DNA from: an uncultured Gemmatimonadales bacterium
GTDB lineage: Bacteria; Gemmatimonadota; Gemmatimonadetes; Longimicrobiales; Longimicrobiaceae
Direction of reading: 5' to 3'
Assembly: GCA_963716255.1 (NCBI GenBank)
Contig: OY970303.1
Span: 4,640,001 to 4,704,000 of the forward strand
DNA: 64,000 nt
Part shown: positions 8,618 to 21,115 of the stretch, one piece after another
Position numbering within the stretch: position 1 is the stretch's first letter
Layout of the letters: the number at the start of each line of letters is the position of its first letter
Notes under the pieces: model-generated
Databases searched by the model: none
Told to the model about the DNA's origin: nothing
Seen by the model: only the letters and a program-made list of their open reading frames with translations
Made by a program: the position numbers and the translations under genes

Positions 8618-11600
8618 ATGGAGCGCTACGTCGAGCTGCGGGGCCGCAGCGCGTTCTCCTTCGGGGACGGGGTGCTCACCCCGGAGGCGCTGGTGCAGCG
8701 GGCGGCCGAGCTGGGCTACGGCACGCTGGCGCTCACCGACGCGGCCGACCTGGGCGGCATCGTCCGCTTCGCGCAGGAGGCGAAGGAGCAGGGCGTCCGC
8801 CCCGTGGTGGGCGCCGAGCTGCGCGTGGCCGGCCACCCGCTCGCGCTGCTGGCGCGCGACGAGGCGGGGTACCGCGGCCTGGCCGCGCTGGTCACCCGGT
8901 CGCGGCGGGGGAGCGCGCGCGGCAAGCCCGGCCTCCGCTGGGCCGAGGTGGAGGAGCGCGCCGCAGGCCTCCACCTGCTCACCGGCCCCCCCACGGGCGA
9001 GCTGGCGGCGATGCTGCGTGCCGGAAAGCGCCTGGAGGCGGCGCGGCTCCTGGCCCGCTGGCGCGACGTGTTCGGGGGCAACGTGGCGGTGGAGGCGCAG
9101 CTGCACCACGTCTCCGGGGCGGAGGCCGCGCTCGCCGAGGCGCTCGTGGAGCTGGCCGGGCGCTGCGACGTGCCCTGGGTGGCGACCGGCGAGCCGCGCT
9201 ACCTGGACGCGCCGGGGCGGCTGGTGCACGACCTGCAGACCGCGCTGCGGGCCGGCGTGACGGTGGACGAAGCGTCCCGGAGCGGGCTCCTCCTTCCCAA
9301 CGGCGAGTGGCGCCTCAGGGCGCCGGAGGAGATGGCCGCGCTCTGGAAGGGGAGGGAGGCGGGCGTGGAGGAGAGCGCCCGCATCGCCGCGGAGTGCGCC
9401 TTCGAGCTGCGCTGGCTGCGTCCACCGCTCCCCGAGTTCCCCATCCCCCCGGGCCACGACGCCGACTCGTACCTGCGCGAGCTGGTGTACGAGGGCGCCG
9501 CCGAGCGCTGGGACGGCGTCGTGGGCGACCGCGAGCGCGCGCAGATCGAGCACGAGCTGGCCGTCATCCGCAAGCTGGGCTTCGCCGGCTTCTTCCTGGT
9601 GATGTGGCAGGCGGTGCGCTTCGCGCGGGGGCGCGGCATCCTCTGCCAGGGGCGGGGGAGCGCGGCCAACTCCGTGGTCACCTTCTGCCTGCGGATCACC
9701 GCGGTGGACCCGGTGAAGCACAACCTGCTCTTCGAGCGCTTCCTGTCCGAGGCGCGCACCGACGGCCTCACCGAGGCGCCCGACATCGACGTGGACTTCG
9801 AGATGCACCGCCGCGAGGAGGTGCTCAGCTACGTCTACGACCGCTACAGCCGCGACCACGCCGCCATCACCGGCGTCACCCAGGTGTACCACGCCCCCAG
9901 CGCCCTCCAGGACGCCATGCGCGCCCTGGGCTACCCCGCCGAGCTGGCATTCACCATCTCCAAGCGCGTCAAGCACCTGGGCCCCGCCGCAGGCGCCGAT
10001 GCCGTGGAGCAGGAGCTGGGCGGGGCGCACGGGCTGGAGACCGGCGACGCGCGCGGGCGCGCCCTGCTGGCGGCCATGCGCGCGCTGGAGGGCGTCCCCC
10101 GCATGCGCTCCACCCACCCGGGCGGCTTCGTGCTGTCCGCGTCCCCGCTGGGGGAGTACATCCCCACCGAGGAGACCACCATGGGGCGCACCATCCTCCA
10201 GTTCGACAAGGACGACCTGGACGCCGTGGGCGTCCCCAAGTTCGACTTCCTGGGGCTGGGCGGGCTCACCGCCGCCCGCATCGCCTTCGACGCCATCGAG
10301 GCGCGCACCGGCGAGCGGCTGGACCTGTACGCCCTGCCGCAGGACGACCCCCGGACCTTCGAGATGATCTCCCGCGGCGACACCCTGGGCACCTTCCAGA
10401 TCGAGAGCCGCGCGCAGATCCAGTCCATCCTCCAGACCCGGCCCGAGCGATTGTACGACCTGGTGGTGCAGGTGGCGCTCATCCGCCCCGGACCCATCCA
10501 GGGCGACTTCGTGGGCCCGTACACCCGCAGGCGGCGCGGGCTGGAGAAGTGGGAGCACGACCACCCGGCGCTGGCGCCGGTGCTGGAGCGCACCTGCGGC
10601 ATCCCCATCTTCCAGGAGCAGGCCATGTCCATCGCCATGGCGCTGGGGGGCTACACCGCCGCCGAGGCAGACGAGCTGCGCCGCACCATGGGGCACGCCC
10701 GCAAGCAGGCGAAGCTGGAGGCCGCGCTGGAGAAGCTGCGCGTGAGGCTGGGCACCAACGGGCTCCCGCAGGAGCTCGCCGACCGCGTCGTCCGGCAGAT
10801 GAAGGGGTTCGGCAACTACGGCTTCCCCGAGTCGCACGCCTGGAGCTTCGCGCTCATCGCCTACGCCACCGCGTACCTCAAGGCCCACTACCCGGCCGAG
10901 TTCCTCATGGGGCTGCTGAACGCCTGGCCCATGGGCTTCTACGCCCCCGCCACGCTGGTCCACGACGCCCGCCGCGGCGGGGTGGAGGTGCGCGGCCCCT
11001 GCCTGAAGCGCGGCGCGCGCGAGTGCACGATGGAGGACACCGCACACCCGGAAAAGCCCGCCGTCCGCATCGGCTGGAAGCACGTCGGCGGCATCGGCGC
11101 GCGCACGCTGGAGGCGCTGGCGGCGGCGCACGCGGAGCGCCCCTTCGCCTCGGTGGAGGACGTGGTGAAGCGCGCGGGGCTGGGGCGGGCCGAGGCGCTG
11201 CACCTGGCGCGGGCGGGCGCGTTCGAGGGGTTCGAGCCCGGCCGCCGCCGCGCCGCCTGGGAAGCCCTGCGCGCCGCCGGCGACGTGCTCCCGCTGGCCC
11301 CCGCGCACCGGCTCCCCTTCGACCCGCTGGAGCTGGAGGGGCCGGAGCTGATCTTTTTGGACTACCTCGCCACGGGCATCTGCACGCACGGGCACCCCAT
11401 GGAGCACGTGCGTCCCCGGCTGCGCGCCGCGGGCATTCTCGCCAGTACGGACCTGCTGGAGGTGCGCAAAGGCGAGAAGATCATCGTGTCGGGGCTGGTG
11501 GTCGCGCGGCAGCACCCGTCCACCGCGAAGGGCACCGTGTTCGTGCTGCTGGAGGACGAGGGCGGGTTCATCAACGTGATCGTCCCCGCAAAGGTCTACG

Positions 11601-11746
11601 AGGAGAACCGGGAAACGGTGAAGTTCTCGCAGTTCCTGGTGGTGGAAGGGAAGTTCGAGCGGGACGGGGCGGTGATGAACGTGGTGGGGCGGCGGTTCAG
11701 GGAGCTGCCGCGGAACATCGCGTTCCGGTCGCACGACTTCCACTGA
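8618..11746 (+). CDS. dnaE2: Error-prone DNA polymerase DnaE2 (ImuC)
   Basis: PHP N-terminus, CQGRGSAANS, PDIDVDF, FGNYGFPESHA and C-terminal SHDFH. Confidence 0.95.
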   Translation: MERYVELRGRSAFSFGDGVLTPEALVQRAAELGYGTLALTDAADLGGIVRFAQEAKEQGVRPVVGAELRVAGHPLALLARDEAGYRGLAALVTRSRRGSARGKPGLRWAEVEERAAGLHLLTGPPTGELAAMLRAGKRLEAARLLARWRDVFGGNVAVEAQLHHVSGAEAALAEALVELAGRCDVPWVATGEPRYLDAPGRLVHDLQTALRAGVTVDEASRSGLLLPNGEWRLRAPEEMAALWKGREAGVEESARIAAECAFELRWLRPPLPEFPIPPGHDADSYLRELVYEGAAERWDGVVGDRERAQIEHELAVIRKLGFAGFFLVMWQAVRFARGRGILCQGRGSAANSVVTFCLRITAVDPVKHNLLFERFLSEARTDGLTEAPDIDVDFEMHRREEVLSYVYDRYSRDHAAITGVTQVYHAPSALQDAMRALGYPAELAFTISKRVKHLGPAAGADAVEQELGGAHGLETGDARGRALLAAMRALEGVPRMRSTHPGGFVLSASPLGEYIPTEETTMGRTILQFDKDDLDAVGVPKFDFLGLGGLTAARIAFDAIEARTGERLDLYALPQDDPRTFEMISRGDTLGTFQIESRAQIQSILQTRPERLYDLVVQVALIRPGPIQGDFVGPYTRRRRGLEKWEHDHPALAPVLERTCGIPIFQEQAMSIAMALGGYTAAEADELRRTMGHARKQAKLEAALEKLRVRLGTNGLPQELADRVVRQMKGFGNYGFPESHAWSFALIAYATAYLKAHYPAEFLMGLLNAWPMGFYAPATLVHDARRGGVEVRGPCLKRGARECTMEDTAHPEKPAVRIGWKHVGGIGARTLEALAAAHAERPFASVEDVVKRAGLGRAEALHLARAGAFEGFEPGRRRAAWEALRAAGDVLPLAPAHRLPFDPLELEGPELIFLDYLATGICTHGHPMEHVRPRLRAAGILASTDLLEVRKGEKIIVSGLVVARQHPSTAKGTVFVLLEDEGGFINVIVPAKVYEENRETVKFSQFLVVEGKFERDGAVMNVVGRRFRELPRNIAFRSHDFH

Positions 11747-11769
11747 GGGATTTCAAAAGCGACTGCGGA

Positions 11770-11905
11770 TTCGAGCGTGCCCCCGGCTGGCGCCGGGGTC
11801 GGGCTTCGACTCCGTAAGCCCGCAAACAACGCGGGCTAACGGAGTCGAGACCCGGCGGAAACAGCCCCGCCGGGTCTCGCCCCTTCGGGCCGTAATCCCT
11901 CACGC
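11770..11905. repeat. Repeat family B copy 2 (inverted relative to copy 1)
   Basis: Reverse complement of 1393-1524. Confidence 0.9.
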
Positions 11906-11931
11906 GGGGCTCGGTGCGCGTCCGGCGAGCC

Positions 11932-12132
11932 TCAGATGCAGATACAGGTGATCCCCCCCTCGCAGAACCAGGTTCCCGGACCGCCGCAGGCGTTGTCGCA
12001 CAGGTCTTCCCAGCACGCACGGGCGCTCTGCTGCGGAGCGGGGGACGCGAACGCCTGCGCGGCCCCGAACGTGAGCGCGCCGAGTACCGCGAGGGCGTAC
12101 AGTGCGTTGTTGAACATCCGGATGCGGGTCAT
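11932..12132 (-). CDS. Secreted cysteine-rich defensin-like peptide (66 aa)
   Basis: GGAGGT RBS, signal peptide ending AQAFA, mature CWEDLCDNACGGPGTWFCEGGITCICI with 6 Cys. Confidence 0.7.
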   Translation of the reverse strand: MTRIRMFNNALYALAVLGALTFGAAQAFASPAPQQSARACWEDLCDNACGGPGTWFCEGGITCICI

Positions 12133-12300
12133 GGCAGTGTACCTCCGATCGGCGTGATCGAGACTGGGGCGCCTGGACAGGCGGGCTCGACGACGGAGCA
12201 CGGCTCTCACGGCGCGCGGATCGCGCCACCCAAGATGCGCACCCCGGAGGAGCCGCAATCTGCGTCACGACCTCTTTCGAACGACTCGCGCCGCGTCCGT

Positions 12301-13215
12301 CTACCGCGGAGGCTGCAGCTCGGGGATCATCGACCGGTGGGCGGAGATCCCGGCCAGCACGCCGTCCGCCGAGGCGAAGGTCGCGTTGTGCATCGCGCGG
12401 GTGGCGTCGCCGGCGGCGTACACGCCGGTTACCGTCGTTTCCTTGAAGTCGTCCGTGCGGACGATCGGGCCGTTCATCCCCTCGTCGAAGGCGCAGCCGA
12501 GCTGCTCCGCCAGCAGGCTCGCCATGCGCGTGCGCGAGGCGGTGAACAGCGCATCCAGCGGCACCACGCTCCCGTCGTCCAGCCGCGCGCCGTCCAGGCG
12601 TGGCGCGTCGCCCAGCAGCGCCCGCACGGGCCGCTCCTCCACGCGCACGCCGCGGGCGTCCAGCGCCGCGCGCTGCGGCTCGTCCGGCGCGAAGGCGCCG
12701 TTGGTGAACAGCGTCACGTCGGCGCTCCAGTCCGGGATCAGCAGCGCCTGGTGCATGCTCATGGGGCTCGTCGCCAGCACCCCCAGGCGGCCGTCCGCCA
12801 CCTCGTAGCCGTGGCAGTACGGGCAGTGCAGCACGGTCACGCCCCACCGCTCCCGCAGCCCCTCCACCTCCGGCAGCTCGTCCACCACGCCCGTCGCCAG
12901 CACCAGGCGCGGGGCGCGGAACACTTCCCCGGAGGCGAGCACCACCTCGAAGCCGTCCCCACTGCGCGCCGCGCGCTCGGCCACGCCCTCCACGAGCGCG
13001 GCTGTGGGGTAGGCGAGCACCTGCGCCCGGGCGTCCGCGACGACGTCGGCCGGCGCCCTGCCGTCCTGGCCCAGGAAGCCGTGCGCGGCGAGGGCGAAGC
13101 GGTTGCGCGGCCGGCCCGCGTCCACCACCAGCACCCGCCGGCGCGCGCGGGCGAGCTGCATGGCGGCGGAAAGGCCCGCCCAGCTTCCTCCCACCACGAT
13201 GACGTCATGTGACAT
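12301..13215 (-). CDS. Thioredoxin reductase-like NAD(P)/FAD oxidoreductase
   Basis: DVIVVGGSWAG, HCPYCHGYE and ETTVTGVYAAGD. Confidence 0.9.
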   Translation of the reverse strand: MSHDVIVVGGSWAGLSAAMQLARARRRVLVVDAGRPRNRFALAAHGFLGQDGRAPADVVADARAQVLAYPTAALVEGVAERAARSGDGFEVVLASGEVFRAPRLVLATGVVDELPEVEGLRERWGVTVLHCPYCHGYEVADGRLGVLATSPMSMHQALLIPDWSADVTLFTNGAFAPDEPQRAALDARGVRVEERPVRALLGDAPRLDGARLDDGSVVPLDALFTASRTRMASLLAEQLGCAFDEGMNGPIVRTDDFKETTVTGVYAAGDATRAMHNATFASADGVLAGISAHRSMIPELQPPR

Positions 13216-13669
13216 CGGTGCTCCGTGCGTCCGTCGTTGTCCCCCGCGCCGGCAGCGCCCGGACGGACGCCGACAGCTCCGCGAGGGTGATGCGGCCCAG
13301 CCGCTCCGCCAGCAGGGCCTCGGCGTCGGCCAGGAAGCCGTCCAGCGCGCCCGACACCGCCCGCTCCACCCGGCACCCCGCCTCCCTCAGCGCCGGGTCG
13401 ATCGCGATCAGCAGACGCTCGCCGAGCGCTTCGTAGACCTCCCGCACCGTGACCTCCGCGGGAGCGCGCGCCAGCGACCAGCCGCCGCCGTGCCCGGCCG
13501 CCGAGGCGACCAGCCCCGCCTCCCGCAGTCCGGCCAGGGTGCGCCGGACCACCACCGGGTGGGTGCGCACGCACGCCGCCAGCGACTCCGAGGTCGCGGG
13601 CTCGCCGGGATGCTCGGCCAGGTGCACCAGCACGTGAAGGGCGACGGAGAAGCGGCTGCTGCGTTTCAT
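13205..13669 (-). CDS. Rrf2 family transcriptional regulator
   Basis: SSRFSVALHVL, HPVVVRR and GHGGGWSLAR winged helix. Confidence 0.9.
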   Translation of the reverse strand: MKRSSRFSVALHVLVHLAEHPGEPATSESLAACVRTHPVVVRRTLAGLREAGLVASAAGHGGGWSLARAPAEVTVREVYEALGERLLIAIDPALREAGCRVERAVSGALDGFLADAEALLAERLGRITLAELSASVRALPARGTTTDARSTDVT

Positions 13670-13705
13670 GTAACTTTATTTATTACGGAAAGCGGCGCAC
13701 GTCAA
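13670..13705 (-). promoter_or_regulatory. Rrf2 promoter/operator, probably leaderless
   Basis: TTGACG-N17-TAAATA-N7-ATG on the minus strand; imperfect palindrome GTAAC-N7-ATTAC at 13670-13686 abuts the start codon. Confidence 0.5.
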
Positions 13706-14016
13706 GTGCGTGGGCGCGCAGGCGTCCGGGCGCGGCCGCGGACCGCCGCCCACTTCCCCGGGATCGTGCACACCTCCGTCACCCGCGGCGCGCCGGCTCT
13801 CCGCTCCGGCCGACCGGATTCCGGGCCGGCGGCCGGACCTGCCACTCGCGGCGAAAAGAGCATTGCGGACGGTGGCGGAAACGCCCCTGGGAAGCTAGGT
13901 TTACCGGGTTTTGCACGGTTGCTTTTTTGGCACGTTCCCGCCGCGCCGGGGTACAACACCCGCTTGCATCCGCGTACTCGCGGACGCCTTGAGTTTCGAC
14001 GCTCCAAGAAGACAAA

Positions 14017-16665
<2,649 letters not shown>

Positions 16666-16675
16666 CTGCTTCGGC

Positions 16676-16831
16676 GGGGCCGCTCCGGAGCCGGACGATA
16701 CTGCCGTCCGTCTCCTGCGCGGGTCGCGGAGCCAGCCAAACTGCCGGCTGTCTCCGCTCCGGCTCCGTGAGCCTCGCGCAAACAGCCGCGCGAGTCTCCC
16801 TCCGCGAAAGATCTGAGGGGTACTGCGGGAA
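16676..16831 (+). repeat. Repeat family A copy 3
   Basis: Starts 11 nt after the gyrA stop. Confidence 0.9.
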
Positions 16832-16836
16832 AAGCG

Positions 16837-16877
16837 AACGGCGCCCCCGCCTCGGCACTGAGGTGGGGGCGCCGTTT
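16837..16877. terminator. Long hairpin between convergent gyrA and mrdA
   Basis: AACGGCGCCCCCGCCTC...GAGGTGGGGGCGCCGTT followed by T-rich sequence. Confidence 0.55.
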
Positions 16878-16890
16878 CGTTTGCAGGCTG

Positions 16891-16921
16891 TGACGCTTCA
16901 CGCTGCGCGTGAACCGGTGAA
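16891..16921. repeat. Module D (31 nt hairpin insertion) inside a heptamer repeat
   Basis: TGACGCTTCACGCTGCGCGTGAACCGGTGAA between GCAGGCTG and CCCTATTCCCTGTTCCCT. Confidence 0.8.
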
Positions 16922-16923
16922 CC

Positions 16924-18918
16924 CTATTCCCTGTTCCCTGATCCGTTCCCGTCCGCCGCGGCCGGCTGCGCCATCGCCCCGGAGGGGCGGAGGTCGGGGA
17001 GCGGCTGCGCGGTGGGCTCCGGGCGGGTGCGGCGCGCGGCGCGGCGCGGTGCGGACGACGGCGCGGGGGCGTTGGTGGGCTCCACGTCCTCCATGCGGGG
17101 GACGGGGTGGCCGTGCTTCTTGTTCAGGTAGTAGTCGGCGATGCGCGCGGCCACGGGCGCGGCGGCCCCCGAGCCGGACTCCCCGAACTCCACGATCACC
17201 GCCACCACGATCTCCGGGGCGCCGCCGCGCGGGCCCGCGAAGCCGGTGAACCAGGCGTGCGGGCGCTTGAGGTCCGCGCTGTTCTGCGACGTACCCGTCT
17301 TCCCGGAAAGCTTCCAGCGCCGCAGCTCCACCGCGTGCGCCGACCCGCCCTCCTCGACCACGCGGGCCATCCCCTCGTGCACCGCGGAAAGCGTCTTGGG
17401 GGTCAGGCGCAGGTCCGTCTCCGGAGCGCCCTCCTGCCGGCGCGCCACGATGTGCGGCGCGAAGGCGGTGCCGTCGCCCGCCAGCGCCGAAAAGAACTGC
17501 GCCATGCGGATGGGCGTCTGGGCGTTTGGCCCCTGCCCGATGGACAGGTTCATCACCTCGCTGGGAGGCGGCGTCCACCCGAAGCGCTTCTTGTACCAGT
17601 CGCGGCTCGCGGGAAAGATCCCCACCTTCTCGCCCGGCAGGTCCACCGAGGTCTTCCGCGAGAAGCCCAGGCGCGTCCCCTCCTGCGTGAGCAGCTTGAT
17701 CCCCAGCCGGATCCCCAGCTGGTAAAAGTACACGTTGCAGGAGTTGGCGATGGCCTGGATCAGGTCCTGCGGGCCGTGGCCCTCCCTCTTCCAGCAGCGC
17801 GAGTAGCGCCCCGCGTACGGCATCCCGCCCGTACAGGCGATGGGCATCTTGTACTCCGGGGTGATCGCCCCCCGCTCCAGCCCGATGATCGCCGTCGCCA
17901 GCTTCCAGGTGGAGCCCGGCGGGTAGATGCCGTTGGTCGCCCGGTTCAGGAGCGGACGCGAGGGCCCGTTCAGCTCCTTCCACACCGCGGGCGAGATGCG
18001 CCCCACCAGCAGGTTGGGGTCGTAGGTGGGGGCGGAGTACATGGCCAGGATCTCCCCCGTGGACGGGACCATGGCCACCACCGCGCCCTTCATCCCCGCC
18101 GGGAACACCGCGCGGGCGTAGCGCTGCAGGTCCACGTCGATGGTCAGGCGCAGGTCGCGCCCCGCCAGCGGCGGCTTGGTGAGCTGCTCCGCGAAGCGCC
18201 CCACCAGCCGGCCGCGCGCGTCCACCTCGATGTAGCGCGTCCCCGGCGTCCCCCCCATGGTGCGCTCGTACTGGCGCTCCACCCCCGCCTTGCCGATCTG
18301 CTGCCCCAGCTTGTAGCCCTGCCACGTGGGGCTGGCCAGCTCCCGCTCGTTGATCTCCGACACGTAGCCCACGATGTGCGCCGTCGCGTCGCCGTACGGG
18401 TAGCGGCGCACCGGGCGCGCCTCCAGGAGCACTCCGGGCAGGCGCGCCGGCTGCTCCTGCAGGCGCGACAGCTGCCGGAAGCTGAGCGCGTCCGACACCA
18501 CGGTGGGCTCCCTGGGGTCCTTGCGCACGCGGGCCAGCGTCTCCGCCGCCTGCAGCGAGTCCAGCTCCAGCACGGGCACCAGCGCGGCCAGGCGCGCGCG
18601 CACCGAGTCGGGCGGCCCCGGCTCCAGCGACAGCGTGTAGCCCGTGACCGTCTCCGCCACCACCTTGCCGTTGCGGTCGTAGACGGTCCCCCGCGGCGCG
18701 GGGATGGGGACCATGCGGAAGCGGTTGTCCTCCGAGCGGAGGACGAACTCCGAGTTGCGGACGATCTGCGTGCGGAAGAACGCCGCGCCCAGCGTGCAGA
18801 GCATCACCGCGATGGCGAGCGTGGCCTGCACCGCACGGCGCTGGCGCGCGTGCGGGTTGAACGGGCTTACCGAAGCTCCGATGATCCGGCCGTACACGGG
18901 GTGGGGCAGGGGAGGCAA
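16924..18918 (-). CDS. mrdA: Penicillin-binding protein 2 (start uncertain)
   Basis: PAPRGTVYDRNG, YPPGSTWK (SxxK), SCN (SxN) and GKTGT. Confidence 0.9.
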   Translation of the reverse strand: MPPLPHPVYGRIIGASVSPFNPHARQRRAVQATLAIAVMLCTLGAAFFRTQIVRNSEFVLRSEDNRFRMVPIPAPRGTVYDRNGKVVAETVTGYTLSLEPGPPDSVRARLAALVPVLELDSLQAAETLARVRKDPREPTVVSDALSFRQLSRLQEQPARLPGVLLEARPVRRYPYGDATAHIVGYVSEINERELASPTWQGYKLGQQIGKAGVERQYERTMGGTPGTRYIEVDARGRLVGRFAEQLTKPPLAGRDLRLTIDVDLQRYARAVFPAGMKGAVVAMVPSTGEILAMYSAPTYDPNLLVGRISPAVWKELNGPSRPLLNRATNGIYPPGSTWKLATAIIGLERGAITPEYKMPIACTGGMPYAGRYSRCWKREGHGPQDLIQAIANSCNVYFYQLGIRLGIKLLTQEGTRLGFSRKTSVDLPGEKVGIFPASRDWYKKRFGWTPPPSEVMNLSIGQGPNAQTPIRMAQFFSALAGDGTAFAPHIVARRQEGAPETDLRLTPKTLSAVHEGMARVVEEGGSAHAVELRRWKLSGKTGTSQNSADLKRPHAWFTGFAGPRGGAPEIVVAVIVEFGESGSGAAAPVAARIADYYLNKKHGHPVPRMEDVEPTNAPAPSSAPRRAARRTRPEPTAQPLPDLRPSGAMAQPAAADGNGSGNRE

Positions 18919-19222
18919 CGCGTTGGGAGTGAATGTTTTCGCCCCAAAGGTAAAAGCTTTCCCCCCGGTCGCGCCAGTGGCGCGTGGCGGGATCCCCGCG
19001 CTCGTGGCGGTGTATAGAACCCGGAAGCCTTGCGGGAGCAGGGGGAAAGCTTATCTTCCCCGTCTCCCACGCCGCCCTCCCTGACCCGCCCGTCGGTCCC
19101 AGCTCCGCGGCACGCAATTTGACACCCAGCGGCTTCCGTCCGAGCCACAACTGCAATGGTGACGCCCCGCCTCCGGACCCCGGAGGCGCACGCGCGCCTC
19201 GGCACCCGATAAAGAGCACTAG

Positions 19223-20395
19223 ATGAGCCTGTCCGCACACTCCCCGGCCACCCCCCGGCCGGAGAACGGACCCTCCGCCGATGCGGAGGGGATCCTCGAA
19301 GTACTGTCCAGCGGAAGCGGCTTCCTGCGGTCCGGGTCCCACGGGTACCAGACCGCCGACGGAGACCCCTTCGTTCCCCAGTCGGTGATCCGGCGGCTCG
19401 GGCTGCGGACGGGGGACCGCATCGTGGGCGAGGTGGGCACCGCTCCCGGACGCGGCAAGAGCCCGCCGCTGGAGAGCGTCCGCAGCGTGAACGGCCTCCC
19501 CCCCGAGCAGGCCCGCGGCCGCCCCGAGTTCAACTCCCTCCCCGCCACATACCCGGACGAGCGCCTGACGCTGGAGCACGCGGTGGAGGGACGCGCCAAG
19601 CGTGACCCCACCCCGCGCATCATCGACCTGATCGCCCCGCTCGGCAAGGGGCAGCGGGCGCTGATCGTTGCCCCCTCGCGGGCGGGAAAGACCACCATCC
19701 TCCAGTCCATCCTCCGCGGCGTCCACTCCAACTACCCGGAGGCGGTCCTCCTGGTGCTGCTGGTGGACGAGCGCCCGGAGGAGGTCACCGAGATGGAGAT
19801 GCTGGGGCACGGCGAGGTGATCGCCTCCTCCTTCGACTGCCCCGCCGACCGGCACGTCGCCGTCGCCGAGATGACGCTGGAGCACGCCCGCCGCCAGGTG
19901 GAGAGCGGGCGCGACGTGGTGCTGGTCCTGGACTCCATCACCCGCCTGGCCCGCGCCTACAACAACACCGAGCGCGGCAGCGGCAAGCTCCTGTCCGGCG
20001 GCATCGACGCCACCGCGCTGGAAAAGCCCAAGCGCTTCTTCGGCTCCGCGCGCAAGGTGCGCGGCGGGGGCGGGTCGCTGACCATCATCGCCACCGCGCT
20101 GATCGAGACGGGGAGCCGTGCCGACGAGGTGATCTTCGAGGAGTTCAAGGGCACCGGCAACTCCGAGATCGTGCTGGACCGCGAGCTGGCGGACAAGCGG
20201 ATCTTCCCGGCCATCAACATCGAGAAGAGCGCCACCCGCCGCGAGGACCTGGTCATCCCCGAGGAGGACCTGGACAAGGTGCACCAGCTGCGGCGCGTGC
20301 TGCACTCGCTTTCCGCCGCGGATGCGCTCCAGCTGCTGCTCAAGCAGATGAACGATTCCAAGACTAACGCGGAGCTTCTCGCCAAGATCCGCTAA
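19223..20395 (+). CDS. rho: Transcription termination factor Rho (short form)
   Basis: GILEV..SGFLR RNA-binding OB fold, PLGKGQR, AGKT, DERPEEVT, DSITRLARAYN and EEFKGTGN. Confidence 0.93.
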   Translation: MSLSAHSPATPRPENGPSADAEGILEVLSSGSGFLRSGSHGYQTADGDPFVPQSVIRRLGLRTGDRIVGEVGTAPGRGKSPPLESVRSVNGLPPEQARGRPEFNSLPATYPDERLTLEHAVEGRAKRDPTPRIIDLIAPLGKGQRALIVAPSRAGKTTILQSILRGVHSNYPEAVLLVLLVDERPEEVTEMEMLGHGEVIASSFDCPADRHVAVAEMTLEHARRQVESGRDVVLVLDSITRLARAYNNTERGSGKLLSGGIDATALEKPKRFFGSARKVRGGGGSLTIIATALIETGSRADEVIFEEFKGTGNSEIVLDRELADKRIFPAINIEKSATRREDLVIPEEDLDKVHQLRRVLHSLSAADALQLLLKQMNDSKTNAELLAKIR

Positions 20396-20472
20396 GTACT
20401 TTTGGGCTGGTTGGACGGTTGGGGGCGGCTCCGGGTTCCGGGGCCGCCTCTTCGTTTTCCTCGGGTTTTGGC

Positions 20473-20624
20473 GGGCCGCTCCGGAGCTGGACGATACTGC
20501 CGTCCGTCTCCTGCGCGGGCTCCGGGAGCCCCGGAAAACTGCCTCCGGGTCTCCCTGCGCCGGAGGGGGCCAGCCAAACTGCCGGCTGTCTCCCTCCGAA
20601 CAGATTCATGTGGATACTGCGGAA
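20473..20624 (+). repeat. Repeat family A copy 4
   Basis: Downstream of rho and its hairpin. Confidence 0.9.
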
Positions 20625-20640
20625 ACTGCAACGAAAAAAA

Positions 20641-20739
20641 GCCCTCCCCCAGAATTGGGGGAGGGTGGCGAGCCTCAAGCGAGCCGGGTGGGGGCGAGCC
20701 GTCGCAGGCTGTTCCCTGTTCCCTATTCCCTGTTCCCTA
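20641..20739. repeat. Empty REP-like repeat C (20641-20695) and empty heptamer repeat (20704-20739)
   Basis: CCCTCCCCCA-GAAT-TGGGGGAGGG-TGGCGAGCCTCAAGCGAGCCGGGTG, then GCAGGCTGTTCCCTGTTCCCTATTCCCTGTTCCCTA. Confidence 0.8.
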
Positions 20740-21115
20740 AATACCCCTCCAGCACCGTCAGCAGCTGCTCCGTGTTGATGGGCTTGGTCAGGTAGCCGGT
20801 GCAGCCGGCGGCGCGGCAGGCTTCCTCGTCGGTCTCGAGCGCGCGGCCGGTCAGGGCGATGATGGGCGTTTCGCGGGTATCGTCCTGGGCGCGGAGGGCG
20901 CGGGCCACGTCCAGGCCGCTCATGTCCGGGAGACCCAGGTCCAGGAGGATCAGGTGCGGGCCGCGGGTACCGGCCGTCGCCAGCGCCTCGGCGCCGGAGG
21001 CGGCGGCGAGCACGTGGTAGCCGCTCTCCTCCAGCAGGATGGAGAAGGCGCCGCGGATCGCCTCGTTGTCCTCCACCAGGAGCACCCGCGGGGTGTCGGC
21101 TCCGCTTCCGCTCAC
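20723..21115 (-). CDS. Single-domain response regulator (CheY/DivK-like)
   Basis: [26 protein letters not shown] and YLTKP; GTGA overlap with the kinase. Confidence 0.88.
   Translation of the reverse strand: MSGSGADTPRVLLVEDNEAIRGAFSILLEESGYHVLAAASGAEALATAGTRGPHLILLDLGLPDMSGLDVARALRAQDDTRETPIIALTGRALETDEEACRAAGCTGYLTKPINTEQLLTVLEGYLGNRE

Noticed and set aside
8549..11743. Long antisense or alternative-frame ORFs (e.g. 8549-11743, 16898-20305, 40672-44472, 43995-48317, 60930-63962)
   Set aside because: Shadow ORFs of high-GC coding regions: Arg/Ala/Gly-rich, motif-free and overlapping well-supported genes.
11743..11902. TGAGGGATT...AATCCCTCA as terminal inverted repeats of B
   Set aside because: Seen only at this copy, so probably coincidence with the dnaE2 stop context.
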